From assembly GCA_002722245.1 (NCBI GenBank), contig PBLA01000007.1, positions 55,723 to 119,722 on the forward strand: a stretch of DNA of 64,000 nucleotides, read 5' to 3'. The number at the start of each line of letters is the position of its first letter. The stretch's first letter is position 1. The notes beneath the pieces were generated by a model that saw only the letters and a list, made by a program, of their open reading frames with translations, had not been told where the DNA came from and searched no databases. This DNA comes from Flavobacteriales bacterium (GTDB lineage: Bacteria; Bacteroidota; Bacteroidia; Flavobacteriales_C; GCA-002722245). A program made the translations under genes and the position numbers. Below are positions 46,260 to 56,600 of the stretch, in pieces.

Positions 46260-47279
46260 ATGGAAGAAAAAATCAAAGAACTCCAGAAACAAATTGAAGA
46301 ATACCAGATTGATGGCAAGGAGGCGCTGGAAAACTTCAGAATTCAATTTTTAGGATCAAAAAATGTTCTTAAAATGCTGTTCTCAGAAATTAAAAGTGTT
46401 CCTAATGAGCAAAGAAAAGCTATAGGACAATCCATTAATGCGTTGAAAAATGCAGCCCAAAATAAATTTGACCAGTATTCAAATGATGCGAACAAAGAGG
46501 AGGAAACGAATGTTTCAATTGATTTAACGCTGCCTGGTGATGCTTTTAAACTTGGTAGTCGTCATCCAATAAGCATTGTAAACGAATCTATTATTAACAT
46601 CTTTAGTAACATCGGCTTCACCGTTTCAGAGGGTCCTGAGGTTGAAGATGACTGGCATAATTTCACGGGGCTAAACTTACCCGATGAACATCCTGCTAGG
46701 GATATGCAGGATACTTTTTTCATTGAAAAAAATCCTGATTGGTTACTTCGCACACACACCTCCTCGGTTCAAATGAGGGTAATGGAATCCAATGAACTTC
46801 CAATAAGAACAATAACGCCTGGTAGAGTATATCGAAACGAGGCCATTAGCGCAAGAGCTCATTGTTTTTTTCATCAATTGGAAGGATTATATATTGATGA
46901 ATCCGTTTCATTTGCAGACTTAAAACAGACACTTTTATATTTTGCTCAAGAGTTCTTTGGCGAACATGCTAAAATCCGCCTTAGACCTTCCTACTTTCCC
47001 TTCACAGAACCATCTGCTGAACTTGATGTATCCTGTACACTATGCAGCGGAAAAGGGTGTAAAGTATGTAAGCACACGGGGTGGTTAGAAATTGGTGGAT
47101 GCGGGATGGTTGATCCAAATGTATTAAAGAATGCCGGAATTGATCCAACCAAGTACACCGGTTTTGCCTTCGGTTTTGGAATCGATCGAATAGCCATGTT
47201 AAAGTATCAAATTAATGACTTGAGGTTACTTTCTGAAAACGATATTAGGTTTCTAGATCAATTTAAAGCAACATGGTAA
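46260..47279 (+). CDS. pheS: Phenylalanine--tRNA ligase alpha subunit
   Basis: Class II motifs are present (FPFTEPSAE, GCGMVDPNV, GFAFGFGIDR). ATG 46260 is preferred over the TTG at 46239 in the ORF track, because a -7 box occupies 46234-46241. Confidence 0.95.
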   Translation: MEEKIKELQKQIEEYQIDGKEALENFRIQFLGSKNVLKMLFSEIKSVPNEQRKAIGQSINALKNAAQNKFDQYSNDANKEEETNVSIDLTLPGDAFKLGSRHPISIVNESIINIFSNIGFTVSEGPEVEDDWHNFTGLNLPDEHPARDMQDTFFIEKNPDWLLRTHTSSVQMRVMESNELPIRTITPGRVYRNEAISARAHCFFHQLEGLYIDESVSFADLKQTLLYFAQEFFGEHAKIRLRPSYFPFTEPSAELDVSCTLCSGKGCKVCKHTGWLEIGGCGMVDPNVLKNAGIDPTKYTGFAFGFGIDRIAMLKYQINDLRLLSENDIRFLDQFKATW

Positions 47280-47294
47280 GATTTCTCATTCAAA

Positions 47295-48842
47295 TTAATC
47301 AATTCTAATACGCTCCTCTCGGTTTGCAAGCTCCCAGGCAGTATAATAAATTAACTGGGTTATTTTTGCGATTTTTTCAAAATCTATTTTATCAACGGTA
47401 TCCGTTGGTTGATGATAATCTTCGTGCGTGCCATTAAAATAGAAGATAACAGGTATACCATTTTTAGCAAAATTATAATGATCTGATCGCTGATAGAAGT
47501 GATTTGGGTCGTCAATTGAATTGAATGTGTAATCCAATTCTAACTGCGTATGAAGATCATTTTGCTCCTCATTAATGGTGTGTAAATCATTACTCAAAAA
47601 ATCGCTTCCTATAATGTAAACATAATTTGGGTTGGGATGATTATTGGAATCATGATGAGCTTTATCTACTCTACCAATCATATCGATATTTAAATTTGCT
47701 ATTGTATTTTCAAGAGGTATAATTGGATTTTCAGAATAGTATCGGCTTCCCAACAATCCTTTTTCCTCTGCTGAAACAGGCATAAACAATATACTTCTTC
47801 GAGGCCCATTTCCAGCGGCTTTTGCTTTTGCAAATGCCTCAGCCATAAGCAATAACGCAGTTGTTCCCGAACCATCATCATCTGCGCCATTATAAATATG
47901 TCCGTCATGCTTACCGATATGATCATAATGTGCTGTTACAATAACAAATTCGTCCTTTTTATCCGACCCCTCAACAAAGCCTAAAACATTCTCAGAGGTT
48001 ATCTTATCATTAACCATATCAGAATGTATCCCTACCGACAAGTTCAACTCCTTAGTGAAAGCTCGTTTTTTTGCTGAAATTCTCTTGTTTATTTTATTTA
48101 AACTCTTGGTAATCCCTCCAGCCTTAAGTAGCTTATTTGCCTTTTTTTCAGATATGAAAACCAACGGAATTGGCACACCAAATGGGTCTGTTTCTAATTT
48201 CATTTTAGATGATTGGAATGAATGCGCATAGGAGGATGTATACATTTCAAAATTCGGACTTACCATAATGATCCCCAATGCACCTCTTTGCACCAAGTTA
48301 TTAATTTTCGTAGTTCTCGAATTCCATTCACTAGTTTCTTTTGTTCCTGTTACCAGATACCTTGATTTATTGTCTTTTGGCTCACCATCAAACATAAGAA
48401 CTACTTTTCCTCGAACATCAACTCCTTTAAAATCATTATACCGCTCACTCGCAATCCCATATCCAATAAACACTACTGGAGCTTCTGAAAAGTTTACATC
48501 ATCAAAATCTGAATTGTGTATGAAATCACGAAAATAACGTAATGTATCACCATTAATCGTCATTGTTATTTTTTCAGGATAAGTCACCCTTAAATTAAAT
48601 CTCTGAAAATATTCTCCGCGTAATGGAGGAAGGCCAAATTCGGCAAAATGTTGCATTAAGTATGCGCCGGCCAACTTTTGTCCTTTTTCTCCAGCCTCTC
48701 TACCTTCAAGCTCATTACTCGCCAAATAGTCCAAATGTTTTTTAGCAACTTGAGGATTAATATAATTTACATAGTTAATACCTTGAGCAAATACGACATT
48801 GAAAACGCCTTGAAAAACAAAGAAAATTATAAAGAGTCTCAT
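47295..48842 (-). CDS. M28-family aminopeptidase with PA domain
   Basis: A signal peptide ends in VFA/Q. The zinc-ligand context reads TAHYDH, GADDDGSGT, SAEEKGLLGS and DMIG.... Confidence 0.8.
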   Translation of the reverse strand: MRLFIIFFVFQGVFNVVFAQGINYVNYINPQVAKKHLDYLASNELEGREAGEKGQKLAGAYLMQHFAEFGLPPLRGEYFQRFNLRVTYPEKITMTINGDTLRYFRDFIHNSDFDDVNFSEAPVVFIGYGIASERYNDFKGVDVRGKVVLMFDGEPKDNKSRYLVTGTKETSEWNSRTTKINNLVQRGALGIIMVSPNFEMYTSSYAHSFQSSKMKLETDPFGVPIPLVFISEKKANKLLKAGGITKSLNKINKRISAKKRAFTKELNLSVGIHSDMVNDKITSENVLGFVEGSDKKDEFVIVTAHYDHIGKHDGHIYNGADDDGSGTTALLLMAEAFAKAKAAGNGPRRSILFMPVSAEEKGLLGSRYYSENPIIPLENTIANLNIDMIGRVDKAHHDSNNHPNPNYVYIIGSDFLSNDLHTINEEQNDLHTQLELDYTFNSIDDPNHFYQRSDHYNFAKNGIPVIFYFNGTHEDYHQPTDTVDKIDFEKIAKITQLIYYTAWELANREERIRID

Positions 48843-48937
48843 TTTAGTTAAGTTTTAACACACCATTAACAAAAAATTCTGTGGTGCTAAAGTATAATAA
48901 CAATTGAATGCATAAAAATTTACTACCTTAATTAATC

Positions 48938-50200
48938 ATGAAAAGAAGATCATTAAACGCAATTATAATAACAGGGGCACTCTCCATTTTATTGCTTTTT
49001 ATCGTTCAATTCTTTTGGGCCAAAAATCTAGTTACCCTAGAAAACAAACAATTTAATCACAAAGTAAAGATTGGATTATTGAATGCGGGGTATAAATTAA
49101 AAATTATACACCATTCTAAAATAGACAAGGCACACCTTGTAAAACAATTAAATGAAAACTCATTTGTAGTAGAAGTTCAAGACATTGTAAACCCAACAAC
49201 TATTGATTCACTTCTCCAACAGGAATTCAAACTCCAAGAACTATACTCTCCCTATAAAATTGCTATTTACGACTGCTTTACCGATAGCGTAATTTATTCT
49301 CATTCAGGTTCAGAAGATGCTTCATCCGTTTCCGCCAAGGACTATGGGGTAGATTGGAACATCAATAGCTATAATTTTGGGGTGATCTTTCCCCAAACTA
49401 GTACTTTGGAAAAATATTTGGGTATTGGAGTTACATCAGGAATAGTCATTTTAGCAATTGTAGGCTTCTTTAGTTATGTAGTAATTATGTTAATCCAACA
49501 AAAAAAGTTGGATGAAATCAAAACAGATTTCATAAATAATATGACACATGAGCTAAAAACACCCATTTCAACTATATCCCTATCCAGTAATGTGATTAAC
49601 CAACCAGACATCCTTGATCAACCTGATCGACTGAAGAGATACACTCAAATAATTGCACAAGAAAATGAACGATTAAAAAATCAAGTGGAACGGGTATTGC
49701 AACTGGCTTTTTTCGAACAAAAAAATTTTCAACTCAACTTTCAGTGTTGCAACATAAAAAAATTAATTCTACAGAGTATTCAACCGTTTGAACTGATTTT
49801 ACAAGAAAAAAAAGGAGTGCTTCGAATTGATGGAGACGATATAATGGCAGAAGTGGATGAACAACATCTTGGTAACGTCTTTTCTAATTTATTGGACAAT
49901 GCTATAAAATATTCAGGAGAACGTGTTCCTGAGTTATTCATAAAAATCACTCAACAAAAAAACGAAGTCAATATCCATTTTTCAGATAAAGGAATTGGAA
50001 TGGATAAAGAAGAATTAAAAAATATTTTTTTGAAATTCTATCGTGCGCCAACCGGAAATATACACAATGTAAAAGGATTTGGGATTGGTTTAAGTTATGT
50101 GGATCAAATTATGCATATGCACAATGGAAAAATTCACGTTACCTCTGAAAAAAATAAAGGCACAACTTTTGCGTTAACACTCCCTTTAAAACAAGATTAA
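48938..50200 (+). CDS. Sensor histidine kinase (paralogue of the kinase at 2-427)
   Basis: It has two TM helices, an H-box (MTHELKTPIS) and HATPase motifs (NLLDNAIKYS, DKGIGM, YRAPTGNIHNVKGFGIGLSYV). Confidence 0.9.
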   Translation: MKRRSLNAIIITGALSILLLFIVQFFWAKNLVTLENKQFNHKVKIGLLNAGYKLKIIHHSKIDKAHLVKQLNENSFVVEVQDIVNPTTIDSLLQQEFKLQELYSPYKIAIYDCFTDSVIYSHSGSEDASSVSAKDYGVDWNINSYNFGVIFPQTSTLEKYLGIGVTSGIVILAIVGFFSYVVIMLIQQKKLDEIKTDFINNMTHELKTPISTISLSSNVINQPDILDQPDRLKRYTQIIAQENERLKNQVERVLQLAFFEQKNFQLNFQCCNIKKLILQSIQPFELILQEKKGVLRIDGDDIMAEVDEQHLGNVFSNLLDNAIKYSGERVPELFIKITQQKNEVNIHFSDKGIGMDKEELKNIFLKFYRAPTGNIHNVKGFGIGLSYVDQIMHMHNGKIHVTSEKNKGTTFALTLPLKQD

Positions 50201-50202
50201 AT

Positions 50203-50907
50203 ATGATTAAGGCAACTATATTACTAGTAGAAGATGATGAGAATTTAGGATTCGTAATCAAAGATAATCTTGAGGAGGAAGGGTACAATGTTATCTGGGT
50301 AAAAGATGGAGAGGCAGGGTTTGAAAACTTTTGTAAAGAGAAATTTGATTTATGTATTCTCGATGTCATGCTCCCTAAAAAAGACGGTTTTCATCTTGGT
50401 CAAGAAATCAAATCTGTAAAAGAGAATATGCCTATGATCTTCTTAACCGCAAAATCATTGGATCCGGATAAGATACAAGGATTTAAAATCGGTGCTGATG
50501 ATTATATCACTAAACCCTTTAATATGAAAATCCTCCTTTTAAGAGTTCACGCTCTATTAAAGCGGTATTTTGCGTCAGAATCAAATGCCCTTGAGGATAA
50601 AGATATATTCGAAATAGGCCACTATTCCTTTCACTATAAAAATCAAGAATTAATTATTGCAAATGACAATAAGCACCTTACTAAAAAAGAAGCTGAAATG
50701 CTTCGCCTTCTTTGTTTAAATCAAAACCAACTCCTTACCCGTGAATTAGCATTAAAAGTGATATGGGGTGAAAACGATTATTTTAAAGGACGATCTATGG
50801 ATGTATTTATCACGAAGTTGCGTAAATACCTCAAAGGAGATGAACGAATAGAAATCATTAATGTTCATGGAACAGGCTTTAAATTGCAAATTTCCACTAA
50901 TAAATAA
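50203..50907 (+). CDS. Response regulator, OmpR family (paralogue of 411-1115)
   Basis: Motifs ILLVEDDENLG, LDVMLPKKDG, ITKPF and RSMDVFITKLRKYL...GTGFKL are present. It starts 2 nt after the kinase stop. Confidence 0.9.
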   Translation: MIKATILLVEDDENLGFVIKDNLEEEGYNVIWVKDGEAGFENFCKEKFDLCILDVMLPKKDGFHLGQEIKSVKENMPMIFLTAKSLDPDKIQGFKIGADDYITKPFNMKILLLRVHALLKRYFASESNALEDKDIFEIGHYSFHYKNQELIIANDNKHLTKKEAEMLRLLCLNQNQLLTRELALKVIWGENDYFKGRSMDVFITKLRKYLKGDERIEIINVHGTGFKLQISTNK

Positions 50908-50987
50908 TCCATGGTAAAGTTATTTTGGACGCAAACTCCTGTTCCTTTATTCTCTCCCCTCAAATTTATTTCAATATTCAACGAACA

Positions 50988-53786
50988 TTAGTGAGCCTCT
51001 AGCCAAGTTGCACCATAAGCCCCTTCTACCTCTAATGGAACAGTAGTCTTTACCGCATTTTCCATTTGAAACTTCGCTAGTTTAGCTACTGTATCTTTTT
51101 CATCGGGACACACATCAAACACCAATTCATCATGAACTTGAAGAATCATTTTTGATTTTAGATTAAGCGCCCTCATTTCTTTGTGGATGTTAATCATCGC
51201 CACCTTAATAATATCAGCAGCAGAACCTTGAATTGGGGCGTTGATGGCGTTTCGTTCGGCATATCCTCTCACTACAGCATTTTTAGAATTAATGTCTTTT
51301 AAAAATCTTTTTCTTTTTAAGATTGTTTGCACATATCCTTGTTCTTTCGCTCGTTCAACAGCCGTATCCATGAATTGTCTTATTCCTGGGTATGTTGCAA
51401 AATAACCATCTATTAATTCTTTGGCTTCTTTTCGTTTGATATTTAATCGTTGACTTAATCCAAAAGCTGAAATACCATAAATAATTCCAAAATTAACCAT
51501 CTTAGCCTTATTTCTCATTTCTCTATCCACATCTGACATATCAACCTTAAAAACTTTTGCAGCGGTAGCGGTATGAATATCATATCCTTTTTGAAAAGCT
51601 TCTACCATATTTTTATCGCCACTCATTTCAGCCATTAAACGCAATTCTACTTGTGAATAATCTGCAGCAAATAATTCATTTCCATTACTCGGAATAAATG
51701 CATCTCGCACCTTTTTCCCCTTTTCAGTTTTAATGGGGATATTCTGCAAATTTGGATTATTGGATGACAATCTACCTGTTGCAGCAACCGCTTGACTATA
51801 GGTTGTGTGAATCTTTCCCGAAGTTTTATTCACCAATTCAGGTAATGCATCTACATAGGTTGACTTTAATTTTTTCAACTGACGAAACGCTAACACATTA
51901 TCAATAATCGGATGTTTACCGGCCAATTTTTGAAGCGTCTCCTCAGAAGTAGAGTATTGACCAGATTTGGTTTTTTTAGCTTTTTCGTCAATATTCATTC
52001 GCTCAAAAAGAACCTCTCCTAACTGTTTAGGTGACGAAACATTAAAACTCTCTCCAGCCTGCTCAATAACCACCTTTTCCAGCTCTTGTATTTCTCGCTC
52101 CAACTCAAGAGAATAGGCTTTTAACGTATCAGTATTCAAAACAACTCCATTTTGTTCCATAGTAGATAATACAGGCACAAGTGGCATCTCGATCTCCTCA
52201 AATAATTTTCGAACGTCTTTTTGGTCAAGTAGTGGATTAAATTTCTTCATCAACTGCCAAGTAATATCTGCATCCTCTGCAGCATATTGAACAAGTAACG
52301 ACTTCTCTACATCACGCATTGACTTTTGATTCTTTCCCTTTCTTCCGATTAATGTTTCAATTGAAACTGGCCGATAATTTAGATAGGTTTCGGACAAAAA
52401 GTCCATATTGTGCTTCATATCCGGCTGCAACAAATAATGAGCAAGCATAGTATCAAAAAGTTTCCCTCTTACTTCTACACCATACTTCACCAAAACATTA
52501 ATATCGTACTTTATGTTTTGAGCTACCTTGCCTATTTTTTCATTTGCAAATACAGGCTTAAATAAGTCTAGCACTTGCTGCTCATCCCCTTCCTTTATGT
52601 ACACATAATACCCAGTATGCTCTTGCCACGAAAACGCTAACCCAACAACTTCTGCTGTTAATGCATCCAATCCCGTCGTTTCAGTATCAAAGCAAAAAGA
52701 TTCCGTTTGATCCAAGAGTTCAATTAATCGTTTAATTTCTGTTTCTGATTCAACCAAATGATAGTCGTGTTCAACATCATTTATTGTTTTAATTTCCCCC
52801 TCAGATAATTGCTCATCCGTATCAATCACATCTTCGGTTGATGCAAACAAATCCAACTGACCAGAAGCGTTTGTAGGATGAACTGATGCCTTTTGAGCTG
52901 TATTTGATATATCTGCGCCAAGAACTCTTTTCGCAAGGGTACGAAATTCCATCTCGGAGAATAACGTTAAAAGCGCATCCTCGTTCCAGTTATCAATTAC
53001 CATTTTTTCAAAATCAATTTCTATTGGAGCATCCGTAACAATTGTTGCCAGTTTCTTCGACAAAATCCCCTGATCTCCAAAATTGATCACATTCTCTTTT
53101 TGCTTTCCTTTTAAATCATCCGTATGCTGAAGCAGTCCCTCCAAAGAGCCATAAGCCTTAACTAATTTTTTAGATGTCTTTTCACCTATTCCAGGTATCC
53201 CAGGAATATTATCTGCTGAATCTCCCCACATCCCCAAAATATCAATTACTTGATCAGGATGTTCTACTTCAAATTTTTCTTGAACTTCAGGAACTCCCCA
53301 AATTTCAGCAGGCTTTCCACTTTTTCCAGGACGATACATAAAAATATTTTCTGAAACTAATTGAGCAAAATCCTTATCAGGCGTCATCATAAAAGTTTGA
53401 AAATCCTCTTTCTCCGCCATTTTTGCTATTGTACCAATTACGTCATCTGCTTCAAAGCCAACTTTTTCAATAATTGGAATATTAAATGCTTCAATTAGTC
53501 TCTTAACATAAGGAATCGACACTTTTATATCCTCTGGGGTTTCATTTCTATGGGCCTTGTACTCCGGATACAACTCATTTCTAAAGGTATTTCCCGGTGC
53601 ATCAAATACAACAGCAATATGAGAAGGATTTTGCTTTTTTAATACCTCTAACAAGGTATTACAAAACCCCAACGTCACAGAGGTATTTAATCCATTTGAA
53701 TTATATCGCTGATTATTTCCAAACCCAAAGTAAGCACGGAAAATAATTGCGAAAGCATCGATCAAGAAAAGTTTATTTTTTGCCAT
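50988..53786 (-). CDS. polA: DNA polymerase I (5'-3' exo, 3'-5' exo, polymerase)
   Basis: The 932-aa protein has a 5' nuclease N-terminus, an exo motif (FDTETTGLD) and polymerase motifs (DYSQVELRL, RNKAKMVNFGIIYG, QVHDELVF). Confidence 0.95.
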   Translation of the reverse strand: MAKNKLFLIDAFAIIFRAYFGFGNNQRYNSNGLNTSVTLGFCNTLLEVLKKQNPSHIAVVFDAPGNTFRNELYPEYKAHRNETPEDIKVSIPYVKRLIEAFNIPIIEKVGFEADDVIGTIAKMAEKEDFQTFMMTPDKDFAQLVSENIFMYRPGKSGKPAEIWGVPEVQEKFEVEHPDQVIDILGMWGDSADNIPGIPGIGEKTSKKLVKAYGSLEGLLQHTDDLKGKQKENVINFGDQGILSKKLATIVTDAPIEIDFEKMVIDNWNEDALLTLFSEMEFRTLAKRVLGADISNTAQKASVHPTNASGQLDLFASTEDVIDTDEQLSEGEIKTINDVEHDYHLVESETEIKRLIELLDQTESFCFDTETTGLDALTAEVVGLAFSWQEHTGYYVYIKEGDEQQVLDLFKPVFANEKIGKVAQNIKYDINVLVKYGVEVRGKLFDTMLAHYLLQPDMKHNMDFLSETYLNYRPVSIETLIGRKGKNQKSMRDVEKSLLVQYAAEDADITWQLMKKFNPLLDQKDVRKLFEEIEMPLVPVLSTMEQNGVVLNTDTLKAYSLELEREIQELEKVVIEQAGESFNVSSPKQLGEVLFERMNIDEKAKKTKSGQYSTSEETLQKLAGKHPIIDNVLAFRQLKKLKSTYVDALPELVNKTSGKIHTTYSQAVAATGRLSSNNPNLQNIPIKTEKGKKVRDAFIPSNGNELFAADYSQVELRLMAEMSGDKNMVEAFQKGYDIHTATAAKVFKVDMSDVDREMRNKAKMVNFGIIYGISAFGLSQRLNIKRKEAKELIDGYFATYPGIRQFMDTAVERAKEQGYVQTILKRKRFLKDINSKNAVVRGYAERNAINAPIQGSAADIIKVAMINIHKEMRALNLKSKMILQVHDELVFDVCPDEKDTVAKLAKFQMENAVKTTVPLEVEGAYGATWLEAH

Positions 53787-54007
53787 TTTAAATAAATAGA
53801 GGATTCTTTTTCTATCACAAAATACTTATTCCCAAGCAAAGTACACGCTCTATTTATCAATAAAAGGTTAACAAAAAAAAGAAGTTATTTACATTTTTAG
53901 AAAATACTTCCTAACGGACAAAAGTCTACATTAAAAGGATCATTTTATTATATCATTTTGCAAAGTACAGCAAGGGAAATAAAAATGTTTCCTCAAGTCC
54001 TCCTTTA

Positions 54008-55003
54008 TTACTTCTCCCGATAAATTGTTTGTAGAATAACTTCTGTGACAACTTTAAGTGTTGTAGGAGATATATTATCCAGGTTATCATTATGCGTATG
54101 CCAAGTGTGAACAAAACTGCCTGTTGATGGCTCTCTATGGATAATGTTTATACATGGTATTCCGGCCTGATTCACATAATAATGATCATCTGTTATCATA
54201 CCATCTTGAATAGAAGTAAAGTATCGGCCATAGCCCATATTCTTTGCTATATTCCATACTCGATCCAATACAGGTCTTGCATAATCTTGAGAATACCCTT
54301 CATACATAAAAACAGCATTGGCATCTCCTACCATATCTAAATTTATTCCATACTTTGGCTGAGGTCCCTTTAGTCTTGTATCTTTCGACCAAATTTGAGA
54401 ACCATAACAAAACGACTCATTCGATTGCCCATAATCTTCAATATCAAAAAGCACAACATCAAGTCCAATAGCAGGCATTTGTGTTTTAAGGAGTCTTGCA
54501 ACCTCCAAAATTACTGCAACACCACTTCCTGCATCATTAGCACCATCAATTGGTTCGTCCGATCTTTCAACATCTTGATCAGCCCATGGACGAGTATCCC
54601 AATGAGCTGTTAAAAGGATTCTTTTTTCCTTCTCCAGACCAAATCGACCAATTACATTCCGGTAAAATAATTTTTTTTGATCATGAGCAATTTGGGTACC
54701 ACGTTGTTCAATTACTTCAAAATCATAAGACTTTAATTTCTTTACCAACCAATCACCACATAATTTATGCGCTGTGGAATTAGGCACTCTAGGTCCAAAA
54801 TCAACTTGTTTTCGAACAAATTCAAATACAGAATCAGGATCAGCAATAGGCGTTTTCACTAGCTTAAAACTCGGTTTAGCAGAAGAAATCTTTCGCTTTG
54901 GTGGGGGGTCACTTGTACAAGCCAACATACTAAACACCAACGCCAATACACAGCACGTATTAAATGGATTAAACACTCCCTTTTTCGCTTTTATTTTGAC
55001 CAT
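54008..55003 (-). CDS. M28-fold glutaminyl-peptide cyclotransferase-like lipoprotein (type II QC)
   Basis: It has a lipobox (SMLAC). The metal-site context (AHWDTRPWADQD, DGANDAGSGVAV, VLFDIEDYG, WHTHND) and the 331-aa length are typical of Bacteroidetes QC. It overlaps cysS by 13 nt. Confidence 0.6.
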   Translation of the reverse strand: MVKIKAKKGVFNPFNTCCVLALVFSMLACTSDPPPKRKISSAKPSFKLVKTPIADPDSVFEFVRKQVDFGPRVPNSTAHKLCGDWLVKKLKSYDFEVIEQRGTQIAHDQKKLFYRNVIGRFGLEKEKRILLTAHWDTRPWADQDVERSDEPIDGANDAGSGVAVILEVARLLKTQMPAIGLDVVLFDIEDYGQSNESFCYGSQIWSKDTRLKGPQPKYGINLDMVGDANAVFMYEGYSQDYARPVLDRVWNIAKNMGYGRYFTSIQDGMITDDHYYVNQAGIPCINIIHREPSTGSFVHTWHTHNDNLDNISPTTLKVVTEVILQTIYREK

Positions 55004-56457
55004 TCAGTACCGCCTTTAGCGTCCTTAATTTGGATTCCCAACTTGGTTAATTCCTCTCGGATTAAATCGGAGGTACTCCAATCTTTATTTGATTTCGCAT
55101 TGGTTCTCAAATCAACAGCCAATTGAATCAATCGATCCTCCAATTCGGCAGAATGGGAGTTATCGGCTTCAATTTTTATTCCCATAATGTCAATTACATA
55201 GTCCGAGAATACCTTTTTCAGTAATCCTTTATCCTCTTCGGTTAAGCTTTGCTCTTGAACAATACCACTATTTATTTGTTTGACTGCATCAAAAAGATGT
55301 GCAATTAAAACAGGTGTGTTAAAATCATCATTCATTGCCTCCTCACATTGAATGCGCAATGCCTTTACATCTAAAAAGGATGTTTTTCCAATCGCAATCT
55401 TATCAATAGATAACATGGCATTAGTTAAACGTGTTAATCCTTTTTCAGCAGCACTTAATGCATCATTACTCAAATCCATTGTTGAACTATAATGACATTG
55501 CATCATTGCAAACCTAACCACCATAGGTGAATACGCTTTTTCAAGCAATGGTGTTGTTCCATCAAACATTTGTTGTGGTAAAAAGTACTGACCTGTACTC
55601 TTGCTCATTTTCTCTCCGTTCAAGGTCAGCATGTTTGCATGTAGCCAATACTTTACCGAATTTACTTTTCCAGAGTGGGCTGTATTCTGTGCTAATTCAC
55701 ACTCATGATGAGGGAACTTAAGATCCATTCCTCCACCGTGAATATCAAATTCTTCACCAAGATATTTTGTGCTCATTACAGAACATTCCAAATGCCATCC
55801 AGGAAACCCTTTTCCCCAAGGGGAGTTCCATTGCATAATATGTTTAGGATCCGCCCTTTTCCAAATCACAAAATCAAGTGGACATTTTTTTTCATTTTGT
55901 CCAGTTAGAGCACGTGTATTATTTTGTAGCTCATCAATTTTACGCCCTGACACATCTCCATAATTATGCTCTTTTGCATAATTTTCTACATCAAAATAAA
56001 CAGAACCATTTGACTCATATCCAAATCCATTTTCAATAATTTGTTGCACATACTCAATTTGCTCTAATAAATGCCCCGTAGCCGTTGGTTCAATACTCGG
56101 TTTTAAGGTATTAAACTGTTCTAAAACAGAATGAAAACCATTTGTATACTTTTGAACCAGTTCCATAGGTTCTAAATTTTCAAGCTTCGCTTTCTTAGCA
56201 ATTTTATCCTCCCCTTCATCACTATCATTTTCTAAATGTCCAACGTCTGTAATATTTCGAACATAACGCACATCATACCCCAAGTAAGTAAGGTAACGAT
56301 AGATCATATCAAACGAAATGAAAGTCCTACAATTTCCAATATGAACATCACTATAAACTGTGGGGCCACAAACATACATTCCAACATGCGGGGCATTAAT
56401 GGGTTCGAATTTTTCTTTCGTACGAGTGAGTGTATTAAAAACGTTTAATCCTGACAT
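54991..56457 (-). CDS. cysS: Cysteine--tRNA ligase
   Basis: It carries HIGH (VHIGNCRT) and KMSKS (EKMSKSTGQ). The start is set at MSGLNVFNTL, because a -7 box lies inside the 13-codon extension in the ORF track. Confidence 0.95.
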   Translation of the reverse strand: MSGLNVFNTLTRTKEKFEPINAPHVGMYVCGPTVYSDVHIGNCRTFISFDMIYRYLTYLGYDVRYVRNITDVGHLENDSDEGEDKIAKKAKLENLEPMELVQKYTNGFHSVLEQFNTLKPSIEPTATGHLLEQIEYVQQIIENGFGYESNGSVYFDVENYAKEHNYGDVSGRKIDELQNNTRALTGQNEKKCPLDFVIWKRADPKHIMQWNSPWGKGFPGWHLECSVMSTKYLGEEFDIHGGGMDLKFPHHECELAQNTAHSGKVNSVKYWLHANMLTLNGEKMSKSTGQYFLPQQMFDGTTPLLEKAYSPMVVRFAMMQCHYSSTMDLSNDALSAAEKGLTRLTNAMLSIDKIAIGKTSFLDVKALRIQCEEAMNDDFNTPVLIAHLFDAVKQINSGIVQEQSLTEEDKGLLKKVFSDYVIDIMGIKIEADNSHSAELEDRLIQLAVDLRTNAKSNKDWSTSDLIREELTKLGIQIKDAKGGTEWSK

Positions 56458-56473
56458 TAAAAATAATTTTGTA

Positions 56474-56481
56474 CAAAAGTA
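56474..56481 (-). promoter_or_regulatory. -7 box TACTTTTG for cysS
   Basis: The minus strand reads TACTTTTG, 16 nt before the ATG at 56457. Confidence 0.45.
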
Positions 56482-56570
56482 ACAAATATCCATCAAGCGT
56501 ATATAATCATAAAAATATAAGCCTTACAAAGAAAAAACTGGTTAATGAGAAATATCATTGTTCAAATAAT

Positions 56571-56578
56571 TAACTTTG
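56571..56578 (+). promoter_or_regulatory. -7 box TAACTTTG for the bacilliredoxin gene
   Basis: It lies 22 nt before the ATG at 56601. Confidence 0.45.
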
Positions 56579-56600
56579 ACAAAATTTAAATTCATTAATT

